Shown here one piece after another: positions 18,979 through 28,480 of a stretch of DNA of 64,000 nucleotides (the first letter of the stretch is position 1; each line of letters begins with the position of its first letter). The DNA comes from a virus. The stretch is taken from IMG/VR virus record IMGVR_UViG_3300048913_000208; one strand, 5' to 3'. Under the pieces are notes generated by a model. That model had not been told where the DNA came from. It did no database searches and saw only the letters and a program-made list of their open reading frames with translations. Both the position numbers and the translations under genes were made by a program.

Positions 18979-18992
18979 TAGGTTACCTCGAT

Positions 18993-19020
18993 CCTCTACA
19001 TGTCCATGGGCATGTAGAGG
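18993..19020. terminator. hairpin without T-tract
   Basis: 12-bp stem CCTCTACATGTC-CATG-GGCATGTAGAGG. Confidence 0.5.
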
Positions 19021-19091
19021 ACAGTCCTGTATGCCGCTCACGGTTAAAACTTACTGTGCCGCCATATATAATGTCCAAAGATTTACAACGA

Positions 19092-19099
19092 TACATTAT
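19092..19099 (+). promoter_or_regulatory. candidate early promoter core TACATTAT
   Basis: Same motif as upstream of chmA, in an AT-rich intergenic gap. Confidence 0.5.
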
Positions 19100-19132
19100 C
19101 AACTCGAACGAACCCATACATCGGAGTACTTG

Positions 19133-20797
19133 ATGGAACTTGTCATCACGGGTTTTACGAAGAGCAGTTTTTCTCTCGTGTCGATTCGACATGGGACAGA
19201 AGAAGAGCTGACATTCTCAGCCAAAGGTTATTCTACCGCAAAACCCGGTGCAATGAAGGAAGACGATACTTCTGAAACCGGTGTCCGCGTAGAACTGTTC
19301 GAGGAGATCAACGAGTTCCTGCAGAAGTTGACTAAAGATCAGCAGGACACGATGTACGAAATTTATTATCGAATCGATGAAATCTTCAGCCAGTTCGGGA
19401 CAACCGAAATGTCAGCTGAAGGCGTCAGCAGTTCGAAACTTCTGGCGGAGTTGCTGTCTGAGCAAGTCGCCAGGATTTACGAGATTGTCAAGTTCGAGGA
19501 TCTGCGAGAGTTTGTGGTGTTCAGCCGCAAGTTCAAGATTCCAGCTGACTTAATGGACAGTTACGCCACAGCCGACAAGGTTACGCCGCGCTACATGCAG
19601 CGGACCTATCTGCGTAACGAGTACATCGATCTCGTGGCCGTTGCACTCGGCCTGCGTCTGATGATCCCGGTCTGGGGCCGATACCTGCCAATCTCTGGTA
19701 AGGAAGATCGGATCTCCATGAAGGAGCTCAATGCTTATAAGCTCCTGGCCAAGTCGTCTATCTATCGAGCACAAGGGATAATCTCCCCAGACTCTCGTTG
19801 GTTTGGCGATGTGTTGGATGATGAAGAACCGAACCTCTCGGTCTTCGCACGGTTGGAGACGTATCTTGCGGCAAACCTGAAGGAAGAAGAGTACGAACTC
19901 GCGGTGTCGTTCAAACACCTGTCCAGCGATGAAGTGCCTGAATACCTGATGGCGCAAGGCCTGATCCGGAAAGCGGCAGTAGCCCCACTGTCGCCGGAGC
20001 ATGACAAACAGCACATGATGAAGATTATCTTCAACTACTGCTGCTCCAACAACAACCGTAAACCTTCCGTCTTCGGCAGCAACATCAAACCGAAGGTGGA
20101 CGCAGAAACTGCGCTGGATGATAACAGCTCGGTGCTCTGCGTGTACAAAATGAAAGAGCAGGTTTCGGCTGGCGATCTCATGATCAGTCAGAAGTACGTC
20201 ATGCGGTACATCAATGCCGCGCAGACGATCGAACCGAACCTCAGCAAAGAACGGATCGAGATGTGCGTCAGTAGCACCATGGCTATCGACCGATTCATCC
20301 CGACAGAAGCCCAGACGACCCTTTGCATCTGGATCATGTCAACCGTTATTGCTGGTTGTATCGTTGAAGTCTACGACCGTAAAGAACCGCTTCTGGTTTC
20401 CATGGGTATCGCTCAGGCGGTACTGTGGGAGTGGGGTCTTCCGCAGTTGGCGATTCTGCTGACTGCCAAGAAGATCGAATTGGCCGATGGCGAGATGTTG
20501 ATGGGAGTTACTCGATTGCCCGTCAGTAACGCCAACATCCAAACGCTTCAAGCCATCAGTCCGTACGACTACACCGATAGCAAAGGCTCTGACGTAACCC
20601 TGGCTGTCAACACGGCCGTCCGCGGCATCGACATGGTGGCCAACGAGTTCATCAAGAACGAGTGGGAACCACGGTGCTGCAAAGAACTGGCTGCGAGCTA
20701 CTATCGCAGCGACAAGACCAAACGAATTGAAGTCTCGCCCGACTTCCGCGACCAGTGCGCGCAGTTGCTGATCAAGCTCAACGATTTCAGCCGCTAA
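19133..20797 (+). CDS. non-virion RNAP promoter-specificity (sigma-like) subunit, phiKZ gp68-like
   Basis: 554 aa from ATG 19133 (GGAG RBS); assigned from synteny and size. Confidence 0.68.
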   Translation: MELVITGFTKSSFSLVSIRHGTEEELTFSAKGYSTAKPGAMKEDDTSETGVRVELFEEINEFLQKLTKDQQDTMYEIYYRIDEIFSQFGTTEMSAEGVSSSKLLAELLSEQVARIYEIVKFEDLREFVVFSRKFKIPADLMDSYATADKVTPRYMQRTYLRNEYIDLVAVALGLRLMIPVWGRYLPISGKEDRISMKELNAYKLLAKSSIYRAQGIISPDSRWFGDVLDDEEPNLSVFARLETYLAANLKEEEYELAVSFKHLSSDEVPEYLMAQGLIRKAAVAPLSPEHDKQHMMKIIFNYCCSNNNRKPSVFGSNIKPKVDAETALDDNSSVLCVYKMKEQVSAGDLMISQKYVMRYINAAQTIEPNLSKERIEMCVSSTMAIDRFIPTEAQTTLCIWIMSTVIAGCIVEVYDRKEPLLVSMGIAQAVLWEWGLPQLAILLTAKKIELADGEMLMGVTRLPVSNANIQTLQAISPYDYTDSKGSDVTLAVNTAVRGIDMVANEFIKNEWEPRCCKELAASYYRSDKTKRIEVSPDFRDQCAQLLIKLNDFSR

Positions 20798-20827
20798 TTC
20801 GATACATCGACCCAAGGGAGAGTCAAC

Positions 20828-22408
20828 GTGGAACTTATTAAACTGGTCTTTACCCAACTGGCCCCACAGTTGGATATTCCGATCACCCCGCATGCGTTGG
20901 ACCTGCGTAAGCACATGGTCGACGAGTTCGCCAAAGCGACCAACGAAGGCACCAACGTGTCACCGTTCCGTCTGGCCAAAACCGCAGCCGGTCTGTTCGT
21001 ACCGAACACCGCCCGTGAGCGGCGGATCAAATCTCACGTTGCGAACGGTTGGGATGCCGACCGCTTGGCTTTCGCCATGGTGATTGCGGTCAACAACCGT
21101 AACCACAGCAAGACGTACCACTACATCGTCGGCACCACTGACGAGGACATGCATGCCGGTACCGATTCGAAGATCGTCTTCGACAAGAAGATGAAGCTGT
21201 ACTTCGACAAGGTGACTCGCGTTCACATGAACGAGTCGCGTCACCGCGACCGTAACGTGTGGGTACCGAAGATCCAGGCGCATGACCAGATCCTCAACCG
21301 TGCTTCGTTGACCGGTTACGATCGCGACAACATCGGTCTGCGGGATCGGCCAGTCAGTCTGCGTCCGACGGATATCTTCCGTCGTCGTACTGGCGCTACG
21401 CAGTTTGCCAAGCACTTCAGCGGTGATGAGAACGTTACCAACATGTGTGGTGCGTTTACCAGTCAGCTGAAAGCATCGACGCTGGATAACAACAGCACCT
21501 CGATGTATCTGTCGCGGACTCTGTCGGCGTACATGGCTTCTGCAGCCGATCCTGAGCAAGCACACCACTACGACGAGGGTCAGCACGATACGCTGAACCA
21601 TGCCCATGATCGTGTCGAGGAGAACGATCTGGAACTCGATCCGTGGATCGAACAGATGAAGGAGCAGTACCGCATCCTGGATGACGGCTACATCACCTTC
21701 GGTCAGCTTCAGCGGATGAACCCAGACTACGACTGGGACAAGATCATCTTTGGCCGCACTGGGCGTGGTGGTCGCGGTATCAGTCTGGCAAACCAGGCGG
21801 GCTGGAACGGTACCGACAACGAAACTGTAGCGGCTCGCATCATCGCTCAGTCGTTGCCGAACCTGATGATTCAGTCGATGTACAACGAGGTAGAGCACTT
21901 GGTTCTCGACAGTACTGTCCGTAGCGGTCAGAACGAAGTCGAGATCTCCAAGGTCTGGCCATTCGTAGACGGTATCTCGACTCAAGGCAGCTGGCCTTAT
22001 TTCGAGAGCGCTTGCAGCAACATCCTGTTGCGCGAAGCGACCTGCGGTGGTCGATTCCAAGTGACTGCCCGTATCGATGCGAACCTGGACCGGTTGATCA
22101 AGATCTGGATTCGTATCGACCATGGCGAAGAAGCCTACTTCGAGTTCCCGGCATGCATGTCCGGCGCAGTTGCGCCTACGCTGGAAACCGACAACAAGGC
22201 ATTCGACTCCTTGGCCAAAGGTATCGTCGGCCTGGCAGCAGAACTGTCCGCCCGTCGTCTGGATGCAATGCCTACCCACACGGACTCGCCGAAGATCAGC
22301 TTGTCCTCCGACATGCGCAGCGCACGCGATGATCGGACCCGAGATCGAGACGACCGCAGCGACGACCGTCGCAGTGATCGCCGCACCCGTTCGCAGCGTG
22401 ACTGGTAA
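20828..22408 (+). CDS. picA: phage nucleus protein import factor PicA/Imp1 (phiKZ gp69-like)
   Basis: 526 aa, directly after gp68-like gene in the conserved block; GGGAG RBS; RD-rich tail; assignment mainly by synteny. Confidence 0.68.
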   Translation: MELIKLVFTQLAPQLDIPITPHALDLRKHMVDEFAKATNEGTNVSPFRLAKTAAGLFVPNTARERRIKSHVANGWDADRLAFAMVIAVNNRNHSKTYHYIVGTTDEDMHAGTDSKIVFDKKMKLYFDKVTRVHMNESRHRDRNVWVPKIQAHDQILNRASLTGYDRDNIGLRDRPVSLRPTDIFRRRTGATQFAKHFSGDENVTNMCGAFTSQLKASTLDNNSTSMYLSRTLSAYMASAADPEQAHHYDEGQHDTLNHAHDRVEENDLELDPWIEQMKEQYRILDDGYITFGQLQRMNPDYDWDKIIFGRTGRGGRGISLANQAGWNGTDNETVAARIIAQSLPNLMIQSMYNEVEHLVLDSTVRSGQNEVEISKVWPFVDGISTQGSWPYFESACSNILLREATCGGRFQVTARIDANLDRLIKIWIRIDHGEEAYFEFPACMSGAVAPTLETDNKAFDSLAKGIVGLAAELSARRLDAMPTHTDSPKISLSSDMRSARDDRTRDRDDRSDDRRSDRRTRSQRDW

Positions 22409-22446
22409 GTCACGCTACACCCATTAGGAAAATCACGAGGTAACAC

Positions 22447-23706
22447 ATGTCCTCCAAACTGGATACCAAACTGGAGTTTGACCGCAGTCTGTTGCTCGAT
22501 GTCGGCATTTACGACAAGGACGATAACGGTTTCATGCTGGTCGATCTGGCCGGTTCCCCTACTCCGGTAACCATCGGCGGTAAGCGCCTGGTCCTGACTC
22601 TGAAGAACCTGCTGCGCGAAGGCGACTGGGAAGAGCGCATTGCGTTCCACCCAGAATGCGAACAGATCACCCAGGGTCCATCCCCAATCCTCAACGCGCT
22701 GAAGAACTACATCGTCGAGCGCACCAAAGAAACCTTCAAGTCGATCATCGACGCACTGGGCGAACTGGCATCCGACACCAAGCGTCAGAAGCCGCTGTCG
22801 GCCAAGGCCGCACAATACCTGTCGTTGTTCAACGGTCAGGAGTTCGATGCCACCACGCTGAAGACCCTGCGCGCTGTGCTCAAGGCCACCAGCAATGTTC
22901 CGGAGAAACGGTTCATCAACCTGTTCCTCCAGAACGGCGGTAAAGACGGAGCCTTGCGTACCTGCCAGGTATCGTTCCCATTCATGGAGAACGACGACGC
23001 ATCCGACCCAACCACCTTCTTCGGCGTGAAGATGCCGCGCAAGACCAAGGACAAGGCGCTGATCATCGCTCTGCTCGAGTACGTCCTGGGCAATGAAGAA
23101 GAACGCAACACCCTGTACACGCAGAGCGTCAAGGATGGCGATGCGCCGTACCTGAACTCCCTGCTGAAGTCCTTCGACGCACTGGCTGAGCGGCAGAACA
23201 AGCTGATCGAAATCCACGGCAAGGCCTGCCAAACCCTGACCCCCCTGAAGTACGGTCTGGAATGGGCGCACCACCTGCCGAAGTTCGATGAGTTCGTCCG
23301 TACCTACGGCGTCTCTGTACCTGCGCTGCCTGGCAACGTTGGTGTGGACGATGACGAGATCGAAGAAGAAAGCAGTAACGCTTCCTCGGTTTACGAATCG
23401 GACGCTGACGACGTCGGTGCTGGTGAGCGTCGTGAAAGAAGCGAGAAGAAAGACGTCGACCTGCCGTGGGATGACGATGACAGCGATCGCCGTGAATCGC
23501 GTCGTTCCAGCGGTAAGTCCATGGGAGACCTGCTGAAAGGCAAGAGCTCCCGTAGCGATGACCGCCGCGACCGTGATCGGGATCGTGACCGCGACGACCG
23601 TCGGGATGATCGTCGTGACGACCGCCGTTCGGGCAATCCGTTCCGTCGTGACAGCCGTGACAGCCGTGATGACCGTCGCGGTAGCAGCAGCCGCCGCGAC
23701 TGGTAA
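22447..23706 (+). CDS. conserved nucleus-block protein (phiKZ gp70-like) with acidic and RD-repeat tail
   Basis: GAGG RBS; between picA and nvRNAP beta. Confidence 0.65.
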   Translation: MSSKLDTKLEFDRSLLLDVGIYDKDDNGFMLVDLAGSPTPVTIGGKRLVLTLKNLLREGDWEERIAFHPECEQITQGPSPILNALKNYIVERTKETFKSIIDALGELASDTKRQKPLSAKAAQYLSLFNGQEFDATTLKTLRAVLKATSNVPEKRFINLFLQNGGKDGALRTCQVSFPFMENDDASDPTTFFGVKMPRKTKDKALIIALLEYVLGNEEERNTLYTQSVKDGDAPYLNSLLKSFDALAERQNKLIEIHGKACQTLTPLKYGLEWAHHLPKFDEFVRTYGVSVPALPGNVGVDDDEIEEESSNASSVYESDADDVGAGERRERSEKKDVDLPWDDDDSDRRESRRSSGKSMGDLLKGKSSRSDDRRDRDRDRDRDDRRDDRRDDRRSGNPFRRDSRDSRDDRRGSSSRRDW

Positions 23707-23724
23707 CGGTTGCTGACGGCATAA

Positions 23725-23764
23725 AGCGGGGAGGGTGACCTCCCCGCTCTTCTTTCTTTCTTTT
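23725..23764. terminator. terminator between convergent genes
   Basis: AGCGGGGAGG-GTGA-CCTCCCCGCT plus T-rich run. Confidence 0.8.
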
Positions 23765-24107
23765 ACCCGCTTGCCGTGAGCTTTGTACGGTAGGCCTGCT
23801 TCAAACGCGTGATCAACTCTTGAGCAGGGACGATCAGCGCCGTTACTGTTTCATCGAACTCTTGGGGCGTGGTCATTCCATTGACCCGCATAACGAGCCA
23901 ATGGTCCTCCAAAGGCACTTTATTGTCGAGCAGGAACGACGTTAGATCAAACCGGTAGAGATAACCGGTCTCTGGAATGATGGAAACCACCCGGTCTTGT
24001 GATTGAGTGCGTAACCAACCAGTCATGGATTCCACGAAAATGCGGTAATCCTCGGTCAGGGTGTACGCGTCTGGAGATGCTACCGCCATGCTGTCGAGAA
24101 GAGACAT
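23763..24107 (-). CDS. small LysM-like/T4 gp53-like baseplate wedge candidate
   Basis: DLTSFLL..HWLVMRVNGMTTP..LIVP resembles the gp53/LysM pattern; ATG 24107 has an AGGG RBS. Confidence 0.5.
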   Translation of the reverse strand: MSLLDSMAVASPDAYTLTEDYRIFVESMTGWLRTQSQDRVVSIIPETGYLYRFDLTSFLLDNKVPLEDHWLVMRVNGMTTPQEFDETVTALIVPAQELITRLKQAYRTKLTASG

Positions 24108-24135
24108 CGCAATATTCCCTAAAGAGTTTGGGTAA

Positions 24136-24143
24136 TACATTAC
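24136..24143 (+). promoter_or_regulatory. candidate early promoter core TACATTAC
   Basis: Upstream of nvRNAP beta gene; recurring motif. Confidence 0.55.
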
Positions 24144-24177
24144 CTAATTGAAGTATAAGGCCGCAAGGGAGAGTCAA

Positions 24178-26331
24178 ATGCTCATTCCACCGGAGATGGT
24201 CCCGATCAGCGGGATGAACGCTCTGTTTCACTGCGTGGCTGGTGCCCGCCAAGCCATGTTTACAGGTAACCAGGATCAGCGTCTGGTTACCGCCGGTCTG
24301 ACCAGGAAGCGTCAACGTTCTGGCCTTGACCGTGAATTCGCAAAAGGTACCTTCAGTCATACGTTTCCAACCGACTGTGTCGTTCTGGCAGTTATCCCTC
24401 GCTTTCAGGGGGAGAAGTTCGGCGAAGATTTCGCGCTGAACCCGAAGGACATCGTCATCTACGAGGACTACCGCACCGAACAACTGGGGTTTGTTGAGCT
24501 GACTAAGTTTCACGTAATGCACCAGCATTATGGATTCGAGTTCAAGTTTCGTGAAGAGTTGTACGAACGTCTGAAGACCGAGCACCGGCCGAAGTTCAAA
24601 GCCGGTACGGTGATCGCAACATCGCCGGCCATTACCGACGATGGCGATTACATGAGCTGTATGGAAGTCAACGTCATCCGGATGTCTGATCCGGCAGTGA
24701 CTGAAGACGCCATCAAGATCTCCCGATCGTTTGCCAACCGGATGCGCAGTACGGCATTCGAGACCAGGACGTTTGAGTTCGGTCGTTCGCATTATCCGAT
24801 CAACAGTTACGGGAACAGTCAGGCGTATCGACCGATCCCTGATATCGGTGAGCGAATCCAGAGCAACGGTTTGATCTGTGCGCTCCGCCCGTTCGATGCG
24901 AAGCTTGACGCGGTCTACATGACCGAGAAGCGTCTGTTCAAGCCGGTGTACAACCTGGACATCCTGACGTACGGGAAGGTAGATGCGGAAGTTGTGGACA
25001 TCAAGGTGTATCACAACCCACATGCACCGAACAAGCGCCTCCCAGAGGCCATGACACGCCAGCTGCGTAAGTATTACGAAGCAGACCGCCGGTTCTACAT
25101 GGCGATCGTTAAAGCGTGTCTAGCGCGCCGTGGTGGCGTTATACGGGAAAGCGATGACATCGACATGACTGACCAGCTGCGCGTGCTGCTGGATGAAGCC
25201 ATTGTCTTTGCAGGCGACTACCTGGTTGAAGAAGGTATCTGCGACAAAGAGTACGTGGATATCCTGCGAGCGAAGACCAACTACCGTGGTAGCACCATGG
25301 ACGAGTATCGGGTGGACATCACCTACCGGTACATGACGTCTATTGGTGACGGTCCGAAACTCTCCGACGAAAACGGTGGTAAAGGCGTAGTCTCTCAGGT
25401 AACTGAAGACGAAGACATGCCCATCGATGACTTCGGCAACCGTGCAGACGTGGTAACGTTCGACGGCTCCACTGTGAACCGGCAGAATAATGCCCGTGAC
25501 CATTCGGCGTGTATCGGTGCAGCTGGTCGTGATATCATCCGCACTATTCGTCACAGCTACGGTCTGGATACCCATGCGGTTCTGGAACGTGACGAAGTAG
25601 AGAAGGTGGTCCACGCCAAGAAGAACGCGGAAAACGGCCTTAAACAGTTTGAATGGCTGATGGGTTTCTACAAGCTGGTAGCACCGACTGGTGAAGGCAA
25701 GTATCTGGCCAAGCCGTCCGTCATTCCGAGTGGTCGTCACCTGCGTCATCTGGTGGAAGTCATTCTCGATGGTAACGAGCCTTATGGCCTGTTCCTTCGG
25801 ATGCGGTCTGACCAAGGCCTGGATATGGCTGAGGTGATCCACACGATCCGTCATTCCGATTACTGCCCGAAAATGTCGCCTGTCTGGTACGTCGACCACG
25901 CTGGGAAGCGCACTCGTACCAAAGACTCGTTCCTCATCGGCCCTAACCCGTACATGGTACTGGAGAAGACTGCTGCGGACGGTTCTGGTGTTTCCTCGGC
26001 GAAGACCAACCACTTCGGCGTAACCTCGAAGCTGACCAATGCGGACAAGCACTCGACCCCAGCGCGTGAGACCGGTACTCGGTCTACCGGTGAAGCTGAG
26101 GCTCGTGGCGAAGCCAAGTCGGTAGGGCCGGGCGTAGTAGCTGACGTCATGGAAATGAACAACAACCCGGTGGTCCACAAAGAAGCAGTAAACACAATCC
26201 TGGACACACGAACGCCGACCAACATTCCACGGTTGATCGATCGTCGCAAGTTCCGGCCTGTGGGACACCGCCCAGCCAACTTCATTGCCCACCACTTCTA
26301 CTGTTCTGGCAAGCAGCTCTCCCGGGACTAG
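24178..26331 (+). CDS. non-virion RNA polymerase beta subunit, C-terminal part (phiKZ gp71-73-like)
   Basis: TEDA catalytic-region motif and KLSDENGGKG twin-Lys motif; ATG 24178 has a GGGAG RBS. Confidence 0.9.
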   Translation: MLIPPEMVPISGMNALFHCVAGARQAMFTGNQDQRLVTAGLTRKRQRSGLDREFAKGTFSHTFPTDCVVLAVIPRFQGEKFGEDFALNPKDIVIYEDYRTEQLGFVELTKFHVMHQHYGFEFKFREELYERLKTEHRPKFKAGTVIATSPAITDDGDYMSCMEVNVIRMSDPAVTEDAIKISRSFANRMRSTAFETRTFEFGRSHYPINSYGNSQAYRPIPDIGERIQSNGLICALRPFDAKLDAVYMTEKRLFKPVYNLDILTYGKVDAEVVDIKVYHNPHAPNKRLPEAMTRQLRKYYEADRRFYMAIVKACLARRGGVIRESDDIDMTDQLRVLLDEAIVFAGDYLVEEGICDKEYVDILRAKTNYRGSTMDEYRVDITYRYMTSIGDGPKLSDENGGKGVVSQVTEDEDMPIDDFGNRADVVTFDGSTVNRQNNARDHSACIGAAGRDIIRTIRHSYGLDTHAVLERDEVEKVVHAKKNAENGLKQFEWLMGFYKLVAPTGEGKYLAKPSVIPSGRHLRHLVEVILDGNEPYGLFLRMRSDQGLDMAEVIHTIRHSDYCPKMSPVWYVDHAGKRTRTKDSFLIGPNPYMVLEKTAADGSGVSSAKTNHFGVTSKLTNADKHSTPARETGTRSTGEAEARGEAKSVGPGVVADVMEMNNNPVVHKEAVNTILDTRTPTNIPRLIDRRKFRPVGHRPANFIAHHFYCSGKQLSRD

Positions 26332-26361
26332 GGAGAGCTGTAACAAAAGGAGACCTGATGT

Positions 26362-28347
26362 ATGCGCTCATTTCAAGCCAGAACATTGCTGGATACCCCA
26401 CGCCATCGTTGGCCGTGCGGGAATCTGGAGAAGTTCAAGCTCATCTTCGATGATGGTGACGAGATCGTTACCAACACGTATCGAACGGAGGACTCATTCC
26501 GAATCTGGTCTATCCATGCCAGGTACCCAAAGCTGGACGTTCTGAAACGACATCACGTCGGGACAGGATCGCTGTCGAACGATCGTCTCCAGGACATCAT
26601 GTCTGCAATCGTGGAGGACATCCACATCCTCTACTACGGAGATCCGGACTACAACCGCGAGGAAGTCTGGCGAACCGTCTACGAGACGATGCAGAAACTG
26701 TACAACGAGTGGAGTACGGAGTATTCGGAATACGTGCGCGGGGCTAACTCGTTCACTTACGACGAGCTGTACTTCTATCCACCGATCGCTGCGATCCGTA
26801 ACGAGATCTTGGCAGATCCGACGGACATCAATATCGACGATGGTTATGCCAAAGCCGTTGAAGTATTGATGAAAGATCCGCTCCTGCAACGCAATACCGT
26901 GGTGTCACAACTGCGGGCGAAGTTGGTGAAGATGGAACAGCTGCTGCAAATCCTGCTGATCCGTGGTTTCAACACCGACATCGACTCGTACCGCTACAGC
27001 AAACCGATCCTCGGCAACTACCACTCTGGCATCATCGATGCTGCAGAAGCTGCCATGGAATCGACGCTGGCTGCGAAGGCGATCATCTTTACCGGTCAGC
27101 CGCTTGAGCAAACCGAGTACGCTAACCGGAAAATGCAGTTCAGTTCCCACCAGGTGGATTTGCTGGTTATGAACGACTGTGGGTCAACGACGTACGGGAC
27201 AATCGAGATCACCCCAAGTCGCTTCAAGGACATGGATGGCCTCTATTACCTGGACCCGGACACCCAGCGCCTGAAACCGATCCGCCAGACCGACAAGCAC
27301 CTGATCGGGGAAACTCGTCAGTTCCGCCTGCCGTTCTTCTGCAACTACCGTCATCACAACTGTATTTGCGAGAAGTGTTACGGTCTGCTGGCGTTCAACA
27401 TCCCGTACGGGTTCAACCTGGGTCACTTGGCTTCCACCATGACTCAGTCCGTGATCTCGCAGCGGGTACTGAAGGTTAAGCACTCCGAAGCATCGGGTTC
27501 GATCGAACGCATCAACATCAGCCAGGAAGAACGGGCGTACATCATCCACGCACCAAGTCCCAACGAAATCCGGCTTAACCCGGAGATGAAAGGGAAAGGC
27601 GTGAAGTTGTTGCTGAAGGCAAACGCCCACCAGGGTCTGCTGAACGCATCGCGCCTGCCGACGATGAAAGCGTCCCACATCACCGAGCCGGCTGCGGCAG
27701 CCCGCCTCAGTCAGTTCAAGGATGTGACGTTCGAAATCGCAGCGGCTGAGGAAGGGAAGAACCCACAGCGCTATCACGTAGCCGTATCCCGTGGTGGTCG
27801 TCTGTCCTACCTCACCAGCGAGTTCCTGCGCTTCTTCCTCGATCAGAAGTTCAAGATCCGTGACGATGGTTACTATCACATCGAACTGGACGAATGGGAT
27901 TTCAAGAAGTCAGCGTTCGCATTGCCGAACCGCCAGACCTCCATGAAAGACCTGGCTGCTGAAATCGAGGTGTTCATCCGTTCCACCCGCGATTCCTCCA
28001 TGCGGCATCTGGGTGGTTTGAAACAACTGCGGCACTACGACGATCCAACAGAAGCTTTGTTGGACATGCACGAGCTGATTGCAGAGACCGCCAAGGTTCC
28101 TGTGGCATTCACTCACTGCGCCGTCGTAATGACGTCGATGCTGGTTGGTCGTTACGCAACCACTGACATGCGGATTCCTCCTCTGGGTGAGCCTGCACGT
28201 TTCGGTAAGTACGACCAGATCATGCAGTACCGTTCCATGGGACCACTCCTGGCGTATCAAGGCGGTGCAGCCGCACTGAACGACATGGAGCAATACCTGA
28301 ACACGGACCGCGATCAGCACTTGATGGACTGCCTGTCGCAGATCTGA
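26362..28347 (+). CDS. non-virion RNA polymerase beta' subunit, C-terminal part (phiKZ gp74-like)
   Basis: Bridge-helix-like EYANRK, Zn site C..CICEKCYG, trigger-loop-like SQRVLKVKH. Confidence 0.9.
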   Translation: MRSFQARTLLDTPRHRWPCGNLEKFKLIFDDGDEIVTNTYRTEDSFRIWSIHARYPKLDVLKRHHVGTGSLSNDRLQDIMSAIVEDIHILYYGDPDYNREEVWRTVYETMQKLYNEWSTEYSEYVRGANSFTYDELYFYPPIAAIRNEILADPTDINIDDGYAKAVEVLMKDPLLQRNTVVSQLRAKLVKMEQLLQILLIRGFNTDIDSYRYSKPILGNYHSGIIDAAEAAMESTLAAKAIIFTGQPLEQTEYANRKMQFSSHQVDLLVMNDCGSTTYGTIEITPSRFKDMDGLYYLDPDTQRLKPIRQTDKHLIGETRQFRLPFFCNYRHHNCICEKCYGLLAFNIPYGFNLGHLASTMTQSVISQRVLKVKHSEASGSIERINISQEERAYIIHAPSPNEIRLNPEMKGKGVKLLLKANAHQGLLNASRLPTMKASHITEPAAAARLSQFKDVTFEIAAAEEGKNPQRYHVAVSRGGRLSYLTSEFLRFFLDQKFKIRDDGYYHIELDEWDFKKSAFALPNRQTSMKDLAAEIEVFIRSTRDSSMRHLGGLKQLRHYDDPTEALLDMHELIAETAKVPVAFTHCAVVMTSMLVGRYATTDMRIPPLGEPARFGKYDQIMQYRSMGPLLAYQGGAAALNDMEQYLNTDRDQHLMDCLSQI

Positions 28348-28349
28348 TC

Positions 28350-28390
28350 CACTAGGGGAGGGGCAACCCTCCCCTAGTGTTTCTTCTTTT
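28350..28390 (+). terminator. intrinsic terminator
   Basis: CACTAGGGGAGGG-GCAA-CCCTCCCCTAGTG then T-rich run. Confidence 0.85.
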
Positions 28391-28480
28391 GCCCAATACA
28401 GTAAGGAGCTACGGGAGATACTAATGGAATGATAGGCCCTGCTTCTCTGCTGGGTCGTTGTAGACTACGGGAGATGGGCT

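Noticed and set aside
18809-19132. N-terminal 108 aa of the 662-aa ORF-track call
   Set aside because: Overlaps the upstream gene, a hairpin and a promoter motif; the RBS supports ATG 19133
23550-23700. Short direct repeats (GACCGC/GATCGT/CGTGAC) here and at 9030-9110 as a CRISPR array or satellite
   Set aside because: They are synonymous-varied Arg/Asp codons with no constant repeat-spacer structure
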